From Waterburya sp. (lineage in GTDB: Bacteria > Cyanobacteriota > Cyanobacteriia > Cyanobacteriales > Xenococcaceae), in NCBI GenBank assembly GCA_965217895.1, contig CBDCJV010000001.1, positions 22,928 through 86,927 on the forward strand: a DNA stretch of 64,000 nt. Reading direction: 5' to 3'. Made by a program: the position numbers and the translations under genes. Positions within the stretch are counted from its first letter, which is position 1; every line of letters begins with the position of its first letter. This document shows, in pieces, positions 19,799 to 30,884 of the stretch. Under the pieces are notes generated by a model. The model had not been told where the DNA came from and did no database searches. It saw only the letters and a program-made list of their open reading frames with translations.

Positions 19799-20493
19799 CT
19801 ATTCAATACCTTTTCCTTCAATTGCTTTGATATAACGTTCGGCAGAACGTCGAACACTAGCCTTGGCATTAGATAAAATCACCGAATTCCACCAAGCACC
19901 ATAAAGACGGTCAAATGTGTAAGTTTCTACAGCACTTGCGATACGCCTAACTTTAGAAGCTGGAAGGGGAATAAGATTAGGATAGCTATACATAAAACTT
20001 ACCCAACGCTTGTCGGCAACAACTTAAATTACATCCCCAGTCAAAAGCGTGCCTAATCCATTTGTACCTGATGCCCAATGGCATACAGTACCACCCTCAA
20101 AATGACCTCCTGCTCTTATCAGGGTTAGATCCTGTTGCAGCTTAAGGGTATTTCCTTGCCAAAACTCGATTATAGAATCGGGACGCATCACCCACTGACT
20201 ATCCGCTTCATGGAGATAAAGAGGTACATCAAAAGCTTTTGCCCACTCAACAGCCGATCCATAGTAGTGAGGGTGAGAAATGGCGATCGCGCTTAGTCTA
20301 CCAAGCTCATTGACTTGCTCAATTGTTTTGTCATCAATGAGGCTAATACAGTCCCATAAAACGTTACCTTGGTCTGATTGGATCAGCAGTGCCCGTTGAC
20401 CGATCGCAAATTTTGGCTTTGTTCCAATACCATATAATTTGTTTTCTTGTTTCTCAATACGGTTGTGGTGGTCTTGTTTCAGTTTAGTTAAGG
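19799..20493 (-). pseudogene. Metallo-beta-lactamase-fold protein, N-terminus lost at IS boundary, internal stop
   Basis: ISHPHYY and GGHFEGG; in-frame TAA at 20024-20026 in GDVI*VVADKRWVSFMYSYPN. Confidence 0.85.
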
Positions 20494-21165
20494 CCGACAT
20501 TCCGCAGAAATAAGAGAGAGACGGAAGAATTAATTTGAGAGATAAGGAAGAAGTATCAAATGAGTCTCAATTAGAGAAAAAGTTGATGGTATGTTGAAAA
20601 TCATGACACCATCAACAGCACAAATCAAAGTAAAAGACCTAGATCACTGCGGAATCATCGCAGGGATAATTGATGAGATTGGATTAGTCACACAAATCGA
20701 TAAGGCTATCTCACAACATGGCAACCAAAAAGTGACTACAGGACAAGCAGTAAAAGCGATGATTCTCAATAGTCTAGGGATGATCAGCTCTCCTTTATAT
20801 TTATTTGAGAAGTTTTTTCAAGGCAAAGCAACAGAACATTTGTTAGGTGAAGGGATATTGCCAGAACACTTAAATGATGATTGCCTTGGTAGGGCATTAG
20901 ATAAATTGTACCAAGCAGGAGTAACCAAAGTATTCGTTACTGTGGCACTGACAGCAGCGAAGAAGATGGGAGTAGAAGTCAAAAGTTTACACCTCGATCT
21001 GTTTGTGGCAGATGCGGCTCTTTACAGTGCAGAAAATATCCAGCAAATCGAGTCATTACGATGGCTCTCAAGAGTACCAGCTACGATTAAACAAGCAACT
21101 ATGTTACTGACACACGACCATAAGATGTTTGTTCAGAGCAAGATAGATGGATATCTTATTGCTGA
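20494..21165 (+). mobile_element. IS1634-family (DUF4277) transposase remnant, internally deleted and 3' truncated
   Basis: LDHCGIIAGIIDEIG, LNDDCLGRALD, then LHLD joined directly to LFVADAALY; probable left end CCGACATTCCGC at 20494. Confidence 0.8.
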
Positions 21166-22035
21166 ATGTGTTCGACCAGGAGTATGTTTTAGATTGGCAT
21201 CTTTCAAATAGCCATCAATAATAGCTCTAATGCTGCGTCTTGATAGTTGCTTTCCTTTGCTGTTGTTGCTCAGGGATACAAAGACATTATCGTTGGGTTT
21301 GATTTTTCGTCTCAAAACTTTTTGCCTTACCTCTAAATATTTATTTAATTGAGTAGTTAAATTATCCGTTAAAGGAACAACTCGGCTAGCTCGTTTAGCT
21401 GATACTTGTAATCCAGTTTTTATTCCTTGTCTGACGACAATATCTTCTATCTTTAAGGAGTGCATCTCAACTGTTCTGCATCCTTCTAAACTCATAATGC
21501 CAATTAAAATGCGATCGCGCAGGAGTACTAGTTTTTGTTTATTGGTTTTAGCTTCGTTTAATTGAGATTGAATATGGTCGAGTAAAAACTTTAACTCTTC
21601 TGTTTCCATAAAGGTAATCCGAGCAGCAGGGTCCTTCCTATCTTTGGGTGCTTTGATGTTTTGTGCGGGATTATTTTTAATTAATCCATGAGTTAATGCT
21701 GCCTTGTAAAATATCCTGACAATGTTAAGCTTAGTGGCAATCGTACTGTTTTGATAGCCAGATTGAACTAGATATTGTCGATATAGTTTAATATCTTCTG
21801 CTTCTGCTTCGAGAGGTTGTAGTAAATTATCCTTACACCAGTCCAGGTATTGTTTAGTTTGAGAAACATAGGAACGAATAGTGTCGATCGAGGCTGCGCC
21901 ATCTCCTACTTCCAATTGAAGAAACTCAGTAAAAATTTTCTCTAATGTAACGCTCGTAGATTGGGGAACAACTAATACTGGCTTTATAGATTCAGGTATC
22001 CTATTTTCTTTTACAGTTACAATTTTAATTTCCAT
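21133..22035 (-). pseudogene. Tyrosine recombinase/integrase, C-terminally truncated
   Basis: Core-binding domain, RDR..I and GCRTVE (catalytic Arg box); ends before HxLRH and the catalytic Tyr. Confidence 0.85.
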
Positions 22036-22048
22036 GTTCTTCTTTAAT

Positions 22049-23608
22049 CAATGGTTCGGACAAAATTAGGCAGCAATAGCTCCGTAGTCATAAAGGTTTG
22101 AGTAATTGGGATGGGATTTAATTAAAGTAGGCTCTAGATCTAACTTGTCAATAAATCGTTCAAGCAGATGGTAGTTAAGCGCACGGCGTTTGTAACTTGC
22201 CATTGAAAAAACAAAATTAGTCGAACAATTATGCTGTTGAACAGTATCCAATTTGGCAAGATTGAGCGCAGTGAGTGAAGCATTAAAATGAAAATCAAGC
22301 TTGCTTAGATCGCGAGCCTGACAATCAGCTAACCCTGTAAACTGTTTACTATCACGAAACACAAACTCGATTTGGAAGCGAGATTTATAGTAGAGATAAA
22401 TCGAGTAAGCATCAAGCTCAAGATGAGTGCAAAATAAAACAGCATAGCTTGAAGAAGCTGAATTATTGAGTAAATAGACTATCCGAACTTGGCGTTTAAG
22501 ACTGATAGACCAAACAACGGCGGTGTAAAGATCTATACCGTTAGATAATTGAGTGACCAACTCAAAGTTATTTTGGTTGGTTAAATCGACTTTTTTGCCA
22601 TACTTACGAGGTCGTCCTCTTCCTGAATATTCTTCTCGGTTGGGATAACGTAAATTGGCATCCCGTCGTAATTTTCCGATTGCTTCTAGCTTGAGGTTGG
22701 TGACTCCTTCGACCCATTTAATTTTGCTGTAGAATCCATCACTGACTACATAGCGAAGGGAGCTGGTTCACAAGTAGCAAGTAGCAAGTAGCAAGTAGCA
22801 ATTTTACCTCTCGTTAAAACAAGAGGATTGAAACAAAGAAATGTGTTTTATTTTTTTTCGTCTTTAAAGAGCGCAACGCTTGCGCGTTGCCAGTCGTCTT
22901 CGACGACGATCTGAGCCTTTCAGGCTCTGCGCTTTAGACCAACTTCGGAGTTACTTAATTGCTATCTGTTATCTGCTACTTGTTACTTTTGCTCCAAAGG
23001 AGCTGGGTAAATAAGGAACAGTTACTTCTAATTGAGCTAGATAGTGATTAATCCTAGTCGTTTCTGGTTGCTCATTTTTCTCTAAAGATGAGTTCTTGGC
23101 TGGTGTTTGCTGAACACTGAGGCTGTATCCCCTTTTTTTGCCTACATCTACTACTGCCATTGCCGAAATCTCTAATCCTTTCTCTGCTCTTGATGCACTG
23201 CCGTTGTAAAAGCGATCCAGACCATAGGTTCGTTTTCCACTTTTGGGAATAAAAGAACAGTCTACCGCTAAGATTACCTCTGATTTAGAGTCAATTGCTT
23301 GCTCTATTAGCTTTTGGTTGAATTGGATGAAGTTAAAAGAACGTTGATATTGTCGCCGATATGTTCGCTCACTGATTTGACTATAACGACTTAAGTTAAC
23401 AAAATTAGCTCTACCGCAACCTACAAGCAGAGTTGAAAATAAGGTCAAGATAAATTTCTTTTGAGGATGTGTTAAATCCCCCATCGAGATCAGTAAGCTT
23501 TGTATAATTGTTTTGACGCTATCCATTGCAGGTAATCTTTCAACACTTTTACCTTAATTCAGTGGATGGCTTTTTTTCTCTCTTTTACAAAAATTGTCCG
23601 AACCATTG
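22049..23608 (-). mobile_element. DDE insertion sequence (IS4/IS701-like) with interrupted transposase
   Basis: Perfect 15-bp TIR CAATGGTTCGGACAA (22049-22063) / TTGTCCGAACCATTG (23594-23608); VDCSFIPKSG, SDGFY, YKSRFQIEFVFRDSKQ. Confidence 0.93.
22767..22998. mobile_element. 232-bp non-coding insertion with heptamer-repeat arms and stacked hairpins
   Basis: Flanked by 8-bp direct repeat GGAGCTGG (22759-22766, 22999-23006); removal restores transposase frame PYLPSS-LRYVVSDG. Confidence 0.88.
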
Positions 23609-23670
23609 ATCATTCAATCTCCAAATAAATCTAAGATTGAAATTACTGAAAACTAAACAGGATTCGCTCA

Positions 23671-25050
23671 ATGGACACAATCAAGTACACCTTGTCAGAA
23701 AGCCAGATGCCTACGGCTTGGTACAATATTCAAGCCGATCTTCCTACTCTCGCGCCTCCAGTGCTGCATCCTGGTACGGGTCAGCCCATCGCTCCTGCTG
23801 ACTTAGAACCTTTGTTTCCCGAACAGTTGATTAAACAGGAAGTAAGTAGCGATCGCTGGATTGAAATTCCCGAAGAAGTACAATCGATTTACCGTCAGTG
23901 GCGACCGACTCCCCTTTATCGCGCCCGACGGCTGGAAAAAGCCCTCGATACTCCTGCCAAAATCTACTATAAATACGAAGGTGTTAGTCCTACTGGCAGC
24001 CACAAACCAAACACGGCTGTTCCTCAAGCTTACTACAACAAACAGGCAGGAGTTAAACGACTAATCACCGAAACTGGTGCGGGTCAGTGGGGTTCTTCCC
24101 TAGCTTTTGCTGGTGCTTTATTTGGACTTGAAGTAGAAGTCTATATGGTCAAAATTAGCTATGAACAAAAACCTTATCGTCGTGCTTTAATGGAAGCTTT
24201 TGAATCCCAGGTGATAGCTAGCCCCAGCAACCAAACTAATGCAGGGCGCAAAATCCTCCAAGAGAATCCCGACAGTCTCGGCAGCCTGGGAATTGCCATC
24301 GGTGAAGCGGTAGAGGTAGCAGCCCAAGATGACCGCGCCAAATATGCTTTAGGTAGCGTTCTCAACCACGTACTACTCCATCAAACCATCGTCGGTCAGG
24401 AGACATTGGCACAATTAGAACAGGCGGGTGATTATCCCGATATTTCAGTAGGCTGTACGGGTGGAGGCAGTAATTTTGCTGGCATTGCCTTTCCGTTTAT
24501 GGGTGCGAACTTGCGAAAAGAGCGATCGCCAATTAAATTTATAGCAGTCGAACCTGCTGCTTGCCCATCCCTAACTAAAGGTAAATATACTTATGATTTT
24601 GGCGATTCGGCTCATCTGACCCCGCTTGCAAAGATGCACACCCTGGGTAATTCTTTCGTGCCAGAAGGAATTCATTCTGGTGGATTGCGCTATCATGGCA
24701 TGGCACCTTTGCTAAGTCATATTCTCGATCTTGGGCTGATTGAAGCCCGCGCTGAAAAGCAGCTCAGTTGTTTTGCTGCGGGTACTATCTTTGCCCGTAC
24801 AGAAGGTATTTTGCCTGCGCCTGAAGCTAATCATGCGGTTAAAGGTGCGATCGATGAAGCCCTGCGCTGTAAGGAAGAAGGAGTCAGCAAAACTATTCTA
24901 TTTAACCTGTGCGGTCACGGTCACTTTGATATGCAGGCATATATGGATTATCAAGCGGGGTTGCTGCACGATACAGAATATAGTGAGGCAGAGGTAGCAA
25001 TGGCATTAGCCCAATTGCCTGTAGTTGGCTCGGCAGAGGGTAAATCTTAG
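23671..25050 (+). CDS. trpB2: Type II tryptophan synthase beta chain (TrpB2), PLP-dependent
   Basis: [12 protein letters not shown] lysine, [29 protein letters not shown]; 459 aa with long N-terminus. Confidence 0.93.
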   Translation: MDTIKYTLSESQMPTAWYNIQADLPTLAPPVLHPGTGQPIAPADLEPLFPEQLIKQEVSSDRWIEIPEEVQSIYRQWRPTPLYRARRLEKALDTPAKIYYKYEGVSPTGSHKPNTAVPQAYYNKQAGVKRLITETGAGQWGSSLAFAGALFGLEVEVYMVKISYEQKPYRRALMEAFESQVIASPSNQTNAGRKILQENPDSLGSLGIAIGEAVEVAAQDDRAKYALGSVLNHVLLHQTIVGQETLAQLEQAGDYPDISVGCTGGGSNFAGIAFPFMGANLRKERSPIKFIAVEPAACPSLTKGKYTYDFGDSAHLTPLAKMHTLGNSFVPEGIHSGGLRYHGMAPLLSHILDLGLIEARAEKQLSCFAAGTIFARTEGILPAPEANHAVKGAIDEALRCKEEGVSKTILFNLCGHGHFDMQAYMDYQAGLLHDTEYSEAEVAMALAQLPVVGSAEGKS

Positions 25051-25179
25051 TCTGGATAATGATTATCTACTACCCACGGGAGCATCGCACAGAGCAAGAA
25101 ACGGGTGGTTTTGAGCCGACACCACTGATAGAGTAAGAAAGTTACAACCTGGGCTTAGAATACAAGAACAAGGGTAAAA

Positions 25180-26037
25180 ATGCAGGTATCTATACAACAT
25201 GAAGATTATCAAAAAATTGCCAAGGCGATCGCTTTTATTCGTCAACATCACCTGAGTCAACCCGATCTTTCCACTGTGGCACAACACATTGGACTTAGCG
25301 AATACCATTTTCAAAAATTATTTACTCAATGGGCTGGTATTAGCCCCAAACGTTTTTTGCAGTATCTGAACCTCGAATATGCTAAATCAAAAATCAATCT
25401 AACCAACAGCTTATTGGATTTGACATTAGATGTCGGATTATCTAGTCCAGGACGATTACATGACCTATTTGTAAGCTTAGAAGCAATGTCTCCTGGTGAA
25501 TACAAAACAGGTGGAATGGGTTTGCAAATTTATTATGGTGTTCACGATACCCCGTTTGGTCAATCTTTAATTGCTACAACTGCTCGTGGTGTTTGCAATC
25601 TTCATTTTTTAGATCTGGTCAATCAGCAAACGCCCGAACAAATCCTAAAACAGTCTTGGTCAAATGCCGAAATAATTCATAACCAAAACGCTACTCAAGC
25701 CTTATGCGATCGGATTTTCCATTCAGCAAACCTGCAAGAGCAAAAATCACTAACGCTTTTAGTCAAGGGAACTAATTTTCAGATTCAGGTTTGGCGTGCG
25801 CTTTTGCAAGTAACATTTGGAGAAATTACAACTTATCAAACTATTGCTGAAATGATCGATCGCCCTACCGCTAGCAGAGCGGTAGGCAATGCTGTGGGGA
25901 AAAACCCGATCGGCTATCTCATTCCTTGTCATAGGGTGATTCGAGGCTCTGGGGAACTTGGTGGCTATCGTTGGGGAGCAGAGCGCAAAACTGCCATTCT
26001 AGGCTGGGAAGCCAGCCATAGAATTGATCGAGAATAA
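25180..26037 (+). CDS. ada: AraC-HTH / methylated-DNA-protein-cysteine methyltransferase (Ada-like)
   Basis: GISPKRF HTH region, GTNFQIQVW, IPCHRV active site. Confidence 0.92.
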   Translation: MQVSIQHEDYQKIAKAIAFIRQHHLSQPDLSTVAQHIGLSEYHFQKLFTQWAGISPKRFLQYLNLEYAKSKINLTNSLLDLTLDVGLSSPGRLHDLFVSLEAMSPGEYKTGGMGLQIYYGVHDTPFGQSLIATTARGVCNLHFLDLVNQQTPEQILKQSWSNAEIIHNQNATQALCDRIFHSANLQEQKSLTLLVKGTNFQIQVWRALLQVTFGEITTYQTIAEMIDRPTASRAVGNAVGKNPIGYLIPCHRVIRGSGELGGYRWGAERKTAILGWEASHRIDRE

Positions 26038-26163
26038 AATTATGAAAATTTTAAATAGTTTTAAATATTATTGAGTTTTTTCTGTTAGCTGTGTTAATAA
26101 CTAGGCTTTTTTTAGTACTAGTACACCGTCAAGTCTTAATAAAAAAGATAGAAGAACTATTGT

Positions 26164-27141
26164 CTATACAGATAAACCTTTAGAGGCTAACCATTCCTGG
26201 TTATACAGACGAGATTGATATCTTGCTCCACCATCACATAGTACCGTAACTATAGTATGACCAGGACCGATTTGTTTTGCTAAAGCTAAGGCTGCACCGA
26301 CATTAATCCCCACAGAACCGCCCATAAATAAGCCTTCTTTGTTGAGCAACTGATAGATAACGCGGACACATTCTTGGTCATCAACCTGAATCGCATCATC
26401 AATGGGCGCACCTTCCATATTGCCTGTAATGCGACTATTGCCAATTCCTTCAGTGATAGAATTTCCTTCGGGATTAATTTCTCCTGTTTTGATGTAGCTG
26501 TAAAGACCACTACCCATAGGATCGGCAACTACACAGCGAACATCAGGATTTTGCTCTTTAAGATACATTGATACTCCCGCATAAGTTCCTCCTGTGCCAG
26601 TAGCAGCCACCCAAGCATCAATTTTGCCTTCGGTTTGCGACCAAATTTCTGCCCCTGTGGTTTCGTAATGTGCCTGACGGTTGGCTAAATTTTCAAACTG
26701 GTTTGCCCAGATAGCGTTGTCCATCTCGGCTGCTACCCGTCCTGATATCTTAACGTAATTATTAGGATTTTTATAAGGGACGGCCCGAACAAGGCGCACT
26801 TCGGCACCAAGAGTTTTTAGGGTATCAATCTTTTCTTGAGACTGAGTTTCAGGAATGATAATTAGACATTTGTATCCCTTGGCATTGCAAATGTGCGCCA
26901 GACCGATTCCCGTATTACCTGCTGTTCCTTCAACTACAGTTCCCCCTGGTTTAAGTAGTCCTTTTTTTTCCGCATCTTCAATAATATAAAGAGCAGCACG
27001 ATCTTTTACTGAACCACCAGGATTAAGAAACTCTGCTTTACCTAATAATTCGCAGCCTGTTTCTTCACTAAAGCTGTTGAGCCGAATTAAAGGTGTATTG
27101 CCTACTGTGGCGACAAAACCATTTTTTATATCCATATTCAT
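26164..27141 (-). CDS. cysK: Cysteine synthase A
   Basis: NPGGSVKDR, GTAGNTG, GTGGT motifs. Confidence 0.9.
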   Translation of the reverse strand: MNMDIKNGFVATVGNTPLIRLNSFSEETGCELLGKAEFLNPGGSVKDRAALYIIEDAEKKGLLKPGGTVVEGTAGNTGIGLAHICNAKGYKCLIIIPETQSQEKIDTLKTLGAEVRLVRAVPYKNPNNYVKISGRVAAEMDNAIWANQFENLANRQAHYETTGAEIWSQTEGKIDAWVAATGTGGTYAGVSMYLKEQNPDVRCVVADPMGSGLYSYIKTGEINPEGNSITEGIGNSRITGNMEGAPIDDAIQVDDQECVRVIYQLLNKEGLFMGGSVGINVGAALALAKQIGPGHTIVTVLCDGGARYQSRLYNQEWLASKGLSV

Positions 27142-27204
27142 AAGAACTATACTGAATCCACCCTTTAGTCTTTACATTACCTGAATTTTGCCACTCGTTA
27201 ATTG

Positions 27205-28284
27205 TTAATTGCTAATATCTTGATGTCCTTCGGCAATCAATTTAGGCTTGACATATAAGTTTTCCAAGAGTACGCCCATTCCTGCTATCCAAGGTGGAAC
27301 AATTAATGCACCAATAATTCCTAGAACCTGTGCGCCACCCAAGACTGCCAGCAATTGATATAAGGGAGAAACTTTTACAGAGTTGCCGACAAGTAGAGGA
27401 TCTAGAATATAGGTTTCTAAATTCTGGACAATGGCAAACAATAATAGTACCCAAACAAAAGTTAATCCTCCTTGAGAAGTGGCGACGATCAAAGCGGGAA
27501 CTGCTCCTAAGATTGGACCAAAAAAGGGAATAAGATTGGTAAATCCAGCAATTACGCCTAAACCCAGAGCTAGATCTGATAAGCCTAAAAATCTGAGACT
27601 AACGCTAATTACTACACCCAAAATCCCCGAAACTAAAATCCGCCCCTGAATATAACCTCCCATGCGTTTGCCCACTGGCTGAATCTGTTCGGCTAAACGT
27701 TGATTCCAAGGTTTGGGAAAAAGATTAATAATATCTTTTATTAGCTGTTTGGAAGTAGATAGCATATAGGCTGAAAGCAGCAAAGCTAAAAAAGCACTAA
27801 GCACGCTGCCGATAATTCCTCTGGTAACGCTGTAGGAGCGAACTACTAACTGCTGACTAGAACGAATTGCCCAAGAGATTAATCCCTGCACGTCTAATAG
27901 CTGATTAATGATATTTGGTGCGCCTGTATCGTTCATGCCTAAACGCAGAATTGAATCTGATAAAAGCGATCGCACTGTCTCTAAATATACAGGAAGTCTA
28001 CCAATCAGGCTTTGGATTTGTTCTACTACCGTCGGTCCAATAATTAAACCAAAACCCGTTAAAGTACCGATTAATGCTGCATAAACTAGCAAAATTGCTA
28101 AAAATCGGGGCAATCCTAATTTTTGCGTTGTCTCAACTATGGGAGCTAAAGTAGCAGCTATGACTACGGCAATCATTAATACTACGATTAAACTTCGCAA
28201 CTGCCATAAAAGAATCAGCAGCAAAGGAAGAGTAACTAGCAGGATAATATTAGTCAGAGAAATAGAAATCGGTCTGTTGGTCAT
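27205..28284 (-). CDS. AI-2E family membrane transporter
   Basis: NLIPFFGPILG, QNLETYILDPLLVG, hydrophobic profile. Confidence 0.88.
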   Translation of the reverse strand: MTNRPISISLTNIILLVTLPLLLILLWQLRSLIVVLMIAVVIAATLAPIVETTQKLGLPRFLAILLVYAALIGTLTGFGLIIGPTVVEQIQSLIGRLPVYLETVRSLLSDSILRLGMNDTGAPNIINQLLDVQGLISWAIRSSQQLVVRSYSVTRGIIGSVLSAFLALLLSAYMLSTSKQLIKDIINLFPKPWNQRLAEQIQPVGKRMGGYIQGRILVSGILGVVISVSLRFLGLSDLALGLGVIAGFTNLIPFFGPILGAVPALIVATSQGGLTFVWVLLLFAIVQNLETYILDPLLVGNSVKVSPLYQLLAVLGGAQVLGIIGALIVPPWIAGMGVLLENLYVKPKLIAEGHQDISN

Positions 28285-28400
28285 GGGAGAGCTACAAGCT
28301 GTAAGCCTTAAGCTATAAGCTATGAATAAAGTTGAAGTATTTAAATTGTTTTACAGCTAATAATTTTGTAGTTAAAAACTAAAAACTATTGAATAACTAT

Positions 28401-29162
28401 TTAGACTAAGGCTAACTCAATTGTTTCTCCAGATTGAGGATTGATCGCTTTAGTGGCAAGATTGTTTTGCTGCAAAAGTTGCTTAAACTCTTCTATTGTG
28501 CCGTCTGCTTTCAGTACTGTCGTAATCAAGCCTTGAACATCGACATCGCCTCCAGCAGCGGTAGCTAAAATCACCTGTGGCTTTAAGCGTTTACATACCT
28601 GCAAAGCTGTCTCCTGTCCTTTGATTACCGAGCCTACCAAAGGTAACTTAAGGTTAACAAGAGGAGTAATAATTACATCGATAGGTGCTGCATCACTCAA
28701 AGAATCCGAATGATTGCCGTGAGGCTCATAATAAATATTTTTGCCTGATTCTATACCTTTGATAATGTAGCCATTTTCAACTAGTGTAGGACCAACGGGT
28801 GAACCTGGAACAGCTTTGATTTCTAATTGTTCTCCTAGCTTAAAGCTTTCTCCATGCTCTAGGGAAGTGACGTTAGTATAGCCCAATTCTTTAACTACTT
28901 TGGCTCCGTTAGGAGATGCTACAACAGGAAGATTATGATCTAATTTCTTGAGCGTAGGGGGATGAGCATGATCTTCTAATCCCTGGGAAAGAAGAATTAG
29001 GTCGATATTTTTAGGAATTGGTTGAGGATTGTTTTTTTTGCTTTTAAACAACCAAGCTTGATTGCCGAAAACTAAATCTCCCACCAGCCAGGGGTCGAGG
29101 AGGATTCTTTTGCCATCAATTTCTATCAGCCAGGAATTGCTATCTAAATAAGTAAGATTCAT
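28401..29162 (-). CDS. Metallo-beta-lactamase-fold protein
   Basis: ILLDPWLVG, SQGLEDHAH, YYEPHG. Confidence 0.85.
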   Translation of the reverse strand: MNLTYLDSNSWLIEIDGKRILLDPWLVGDLVFGNQAWLFKSKKNNPQPIPKNIDLILLSQGLEDHAHPPTLKKLDHNLPVVASPNGAKVVKELGYTNVTSLEHGESFKLGEQLEIKAVPGSPVGPTLVENGYIIKGIESGKNIYYEPHGNHSDSLSDAAPIDVIITPLVNLKLPLVGSVIKGQETALQVCKRLKPQVILATAAGGDVDVQGLITTVLKADGTIEEFKQLLQQNNLATKAINPQSGETIELALV

Positions 29163-29473
29163 ATCAGCTATTTACTTTATACCTTAGTATTATTGTAAAG
29201 ATTTGTTTCGCAATTAGGCGAAATTAATTTCATCATATATTTCTAGAAAGCCATGTTTTTATTGGTCAGGCTTTAGCGTAAAATATTCTGGTGTTTGAAA
29301 ATATCTATTTGAAGCTAGTACGACCTTTAAGTGAAGTTCAAAACAAACTATAAAACTTTCCTTAACGAAAAGTTAAAATGGTCATAACTTCTAATATATA
29401 AGATTAATTCTAGGAAAAATCAGTAGCAGATAGATATAGATATTTATTCAAATTTTAGAGCAAGATAAATTTT

Positions 29474-30280
29474 ATGATTTACGATCAACAGACTGCCAGT
29501 CAAACAGAGACGGTTTTACAGGCAGAAAATGTAAATGTATACTACGGTAATTTTTTAGCCGTCAAGGGTATTTATTTAAATATTCCCAAAAATCGAGTTA
29601 CTGCTTTTATTGGTCCTTCTGGATGTGGTAAAAGTACGTTGTTACGCTGTTACAATCGCCTCAATGATTTAATTCCTATTTTTCGCCTAGAAGGTTTAAT
29701 CACCTATTACAATCAAAACCTATATGGCAAAGATATCGATCCCGTGCAGGTGCGACGCAAGGTAGGAATGGTTTTTCAAAGACCAAACCCTTTTCCAAAA
29801 TCAATTTATGACAACATTGCTTTTGGAGCTAAAATTAATGGCTACAAAGGTGATATGGATGAGCTGGTAGAAAAGTCTCTTAGAAGCGCAGCACTTTGGG
29901 ATGAGGTAAAAGATAAGCTCAGACAAAGTGGTTTGGCTCTTAGTGGTGGACAACAGCAAAGATTGTGTATTGCCAGAGCCATTGCCCTGAAGCCTGATAT
30001 CGTTTTGATGGATGAACCCTGTTCTGCCCTAGATCCTATTTCTACCTTAAAAGTAGAAGAGTTAATTCATCGCTTGAAAGAGGACTACACAATTGTTATC
30101 GTTACTCACAATATGCAGCAGGCATCAAGAGTAGCAGATTATACAGGATTTTTTAATGTTACTGAAGTTGAAGGGGGAAATCGCCAGGGCTATCTAGCAG
30201 AATTTGCGCCCACAGAGCAAATTTTCCAAAATCCTCAAGAAGAAGCAACTCAACAATATGTGAGCGGTCGTTTTGGTTGA
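29474..30280 (+). CDS. pstB: Phosphate ABC transporter ATP-binding protein
   Basis: [43 protein letters not shown]. Confidence 0.96.
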   Translation: MIYDQQTASQTETVLQAENVNVYYGNFLAVKGIYLNIPKNRVTAFIGPSGCGKSTLLRCYNRLNDLIPIFRLEGLITYYNQNLYGKDIDPVQVRRKVGMVFQRPNPFPKSIYDNIAFGAKINGYKGDMDELVEKSLRSAALWDEVKDKLRQSGLALSGGQQQRLCIARAIALKPDIVLMDEPCSALDPISTLKVEELIHRLKEDYTIVIVTHNMQQASRVADYTGFFNVTEVEGGNRQGYLAEFAPTEQIFQNPQEEATQQYVSGRFG

Positions 30281-30369
30281 TTTTTAGCAGATAACTTACT
30301 TGAGAAAGACGAGGTGGGGTCGATTTCTTGATAATATTAAGTTCAACCTGGGATCGTTAAAATAAAATT

Positions 30370-30774
30370 ATGTTTTCTAAAAAATACTTATCTCGTATAC
30401 TTGCTCTAGTTCTAGTAGTTGCTATTGGCTTGGTCGGCTGTGCTTCTAACCCCTCTGGATTGTCGGGAAACTTTACTGAAGATACTGTGGCAGTGTTAGA
30501 TAATCTGCGGACGGCAATAGATCTTCCAGAAGATGCTTCTAACAAAAAAGAAGTAGTTAGCCTCGCCCGCGCGCAAATCAGTGATTATGTTTCTCGCTAT
30601 CGTCGTAATTCTAAGACTTCGGGATTGCGCTCTTTTACTACTATGCAAACCGCATCAAATGCGATCGCTGGTTATTATAGTTCTTACGGCAATCGTCCCG
30701 TACCAGACAAGCTGAAAAAACGTCTAACCCAAGAGTTTAGACAAGTAGAAATTTCTTTAAAACGAGGCGTATAA
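30370..30774 (+). CDS. psb27: Photosystem II assembly lipoprotein Psb27
   Basis: Lipobox LVGC, YVSRYRR, SFTTMQTA, RPVPDKLKKRL. Confidence 0.95.
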   Translation: MFSKKYLSRILALVLVVAIGLVGCASNPSGLSGNFTEDTVAVLDNLRTAIDLPEDASNKKEVVSLARAQISDYVSRYRRNSKTSGLRSFTTMQTASNAIAGYYSSYGNRPVPDKLKKRLTQEFRQVEISLKRGV

Positions 30775-30884
30775 GCTTCTATTGATCGTAACTATTTTTC
30801 TCCTGAACACAACTGTTTAGGAGTTTTTTTTTAGACTTTTTCATTAATCTAGGACTTACGCAGTTTAACGAGTTTTGCCCCCCT

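Noticed and set aside
21133..22035. Integron integrase or active prophage integrase
   Set aside because: Catalytic C-terminus is missing; no cassette array or phage genes are adjacent.
25063..25314. 83-aa minus-strand ORF between trpB2 and ada
   Set aside because: Overlaps ada antisense; no recognisable motif.
29320..29400. Pho box upstream of pstB
   Set aside because: TTAA-containing words are present but I could not establish the 11-bp spaced direct repeats in this AT-rich DNA.
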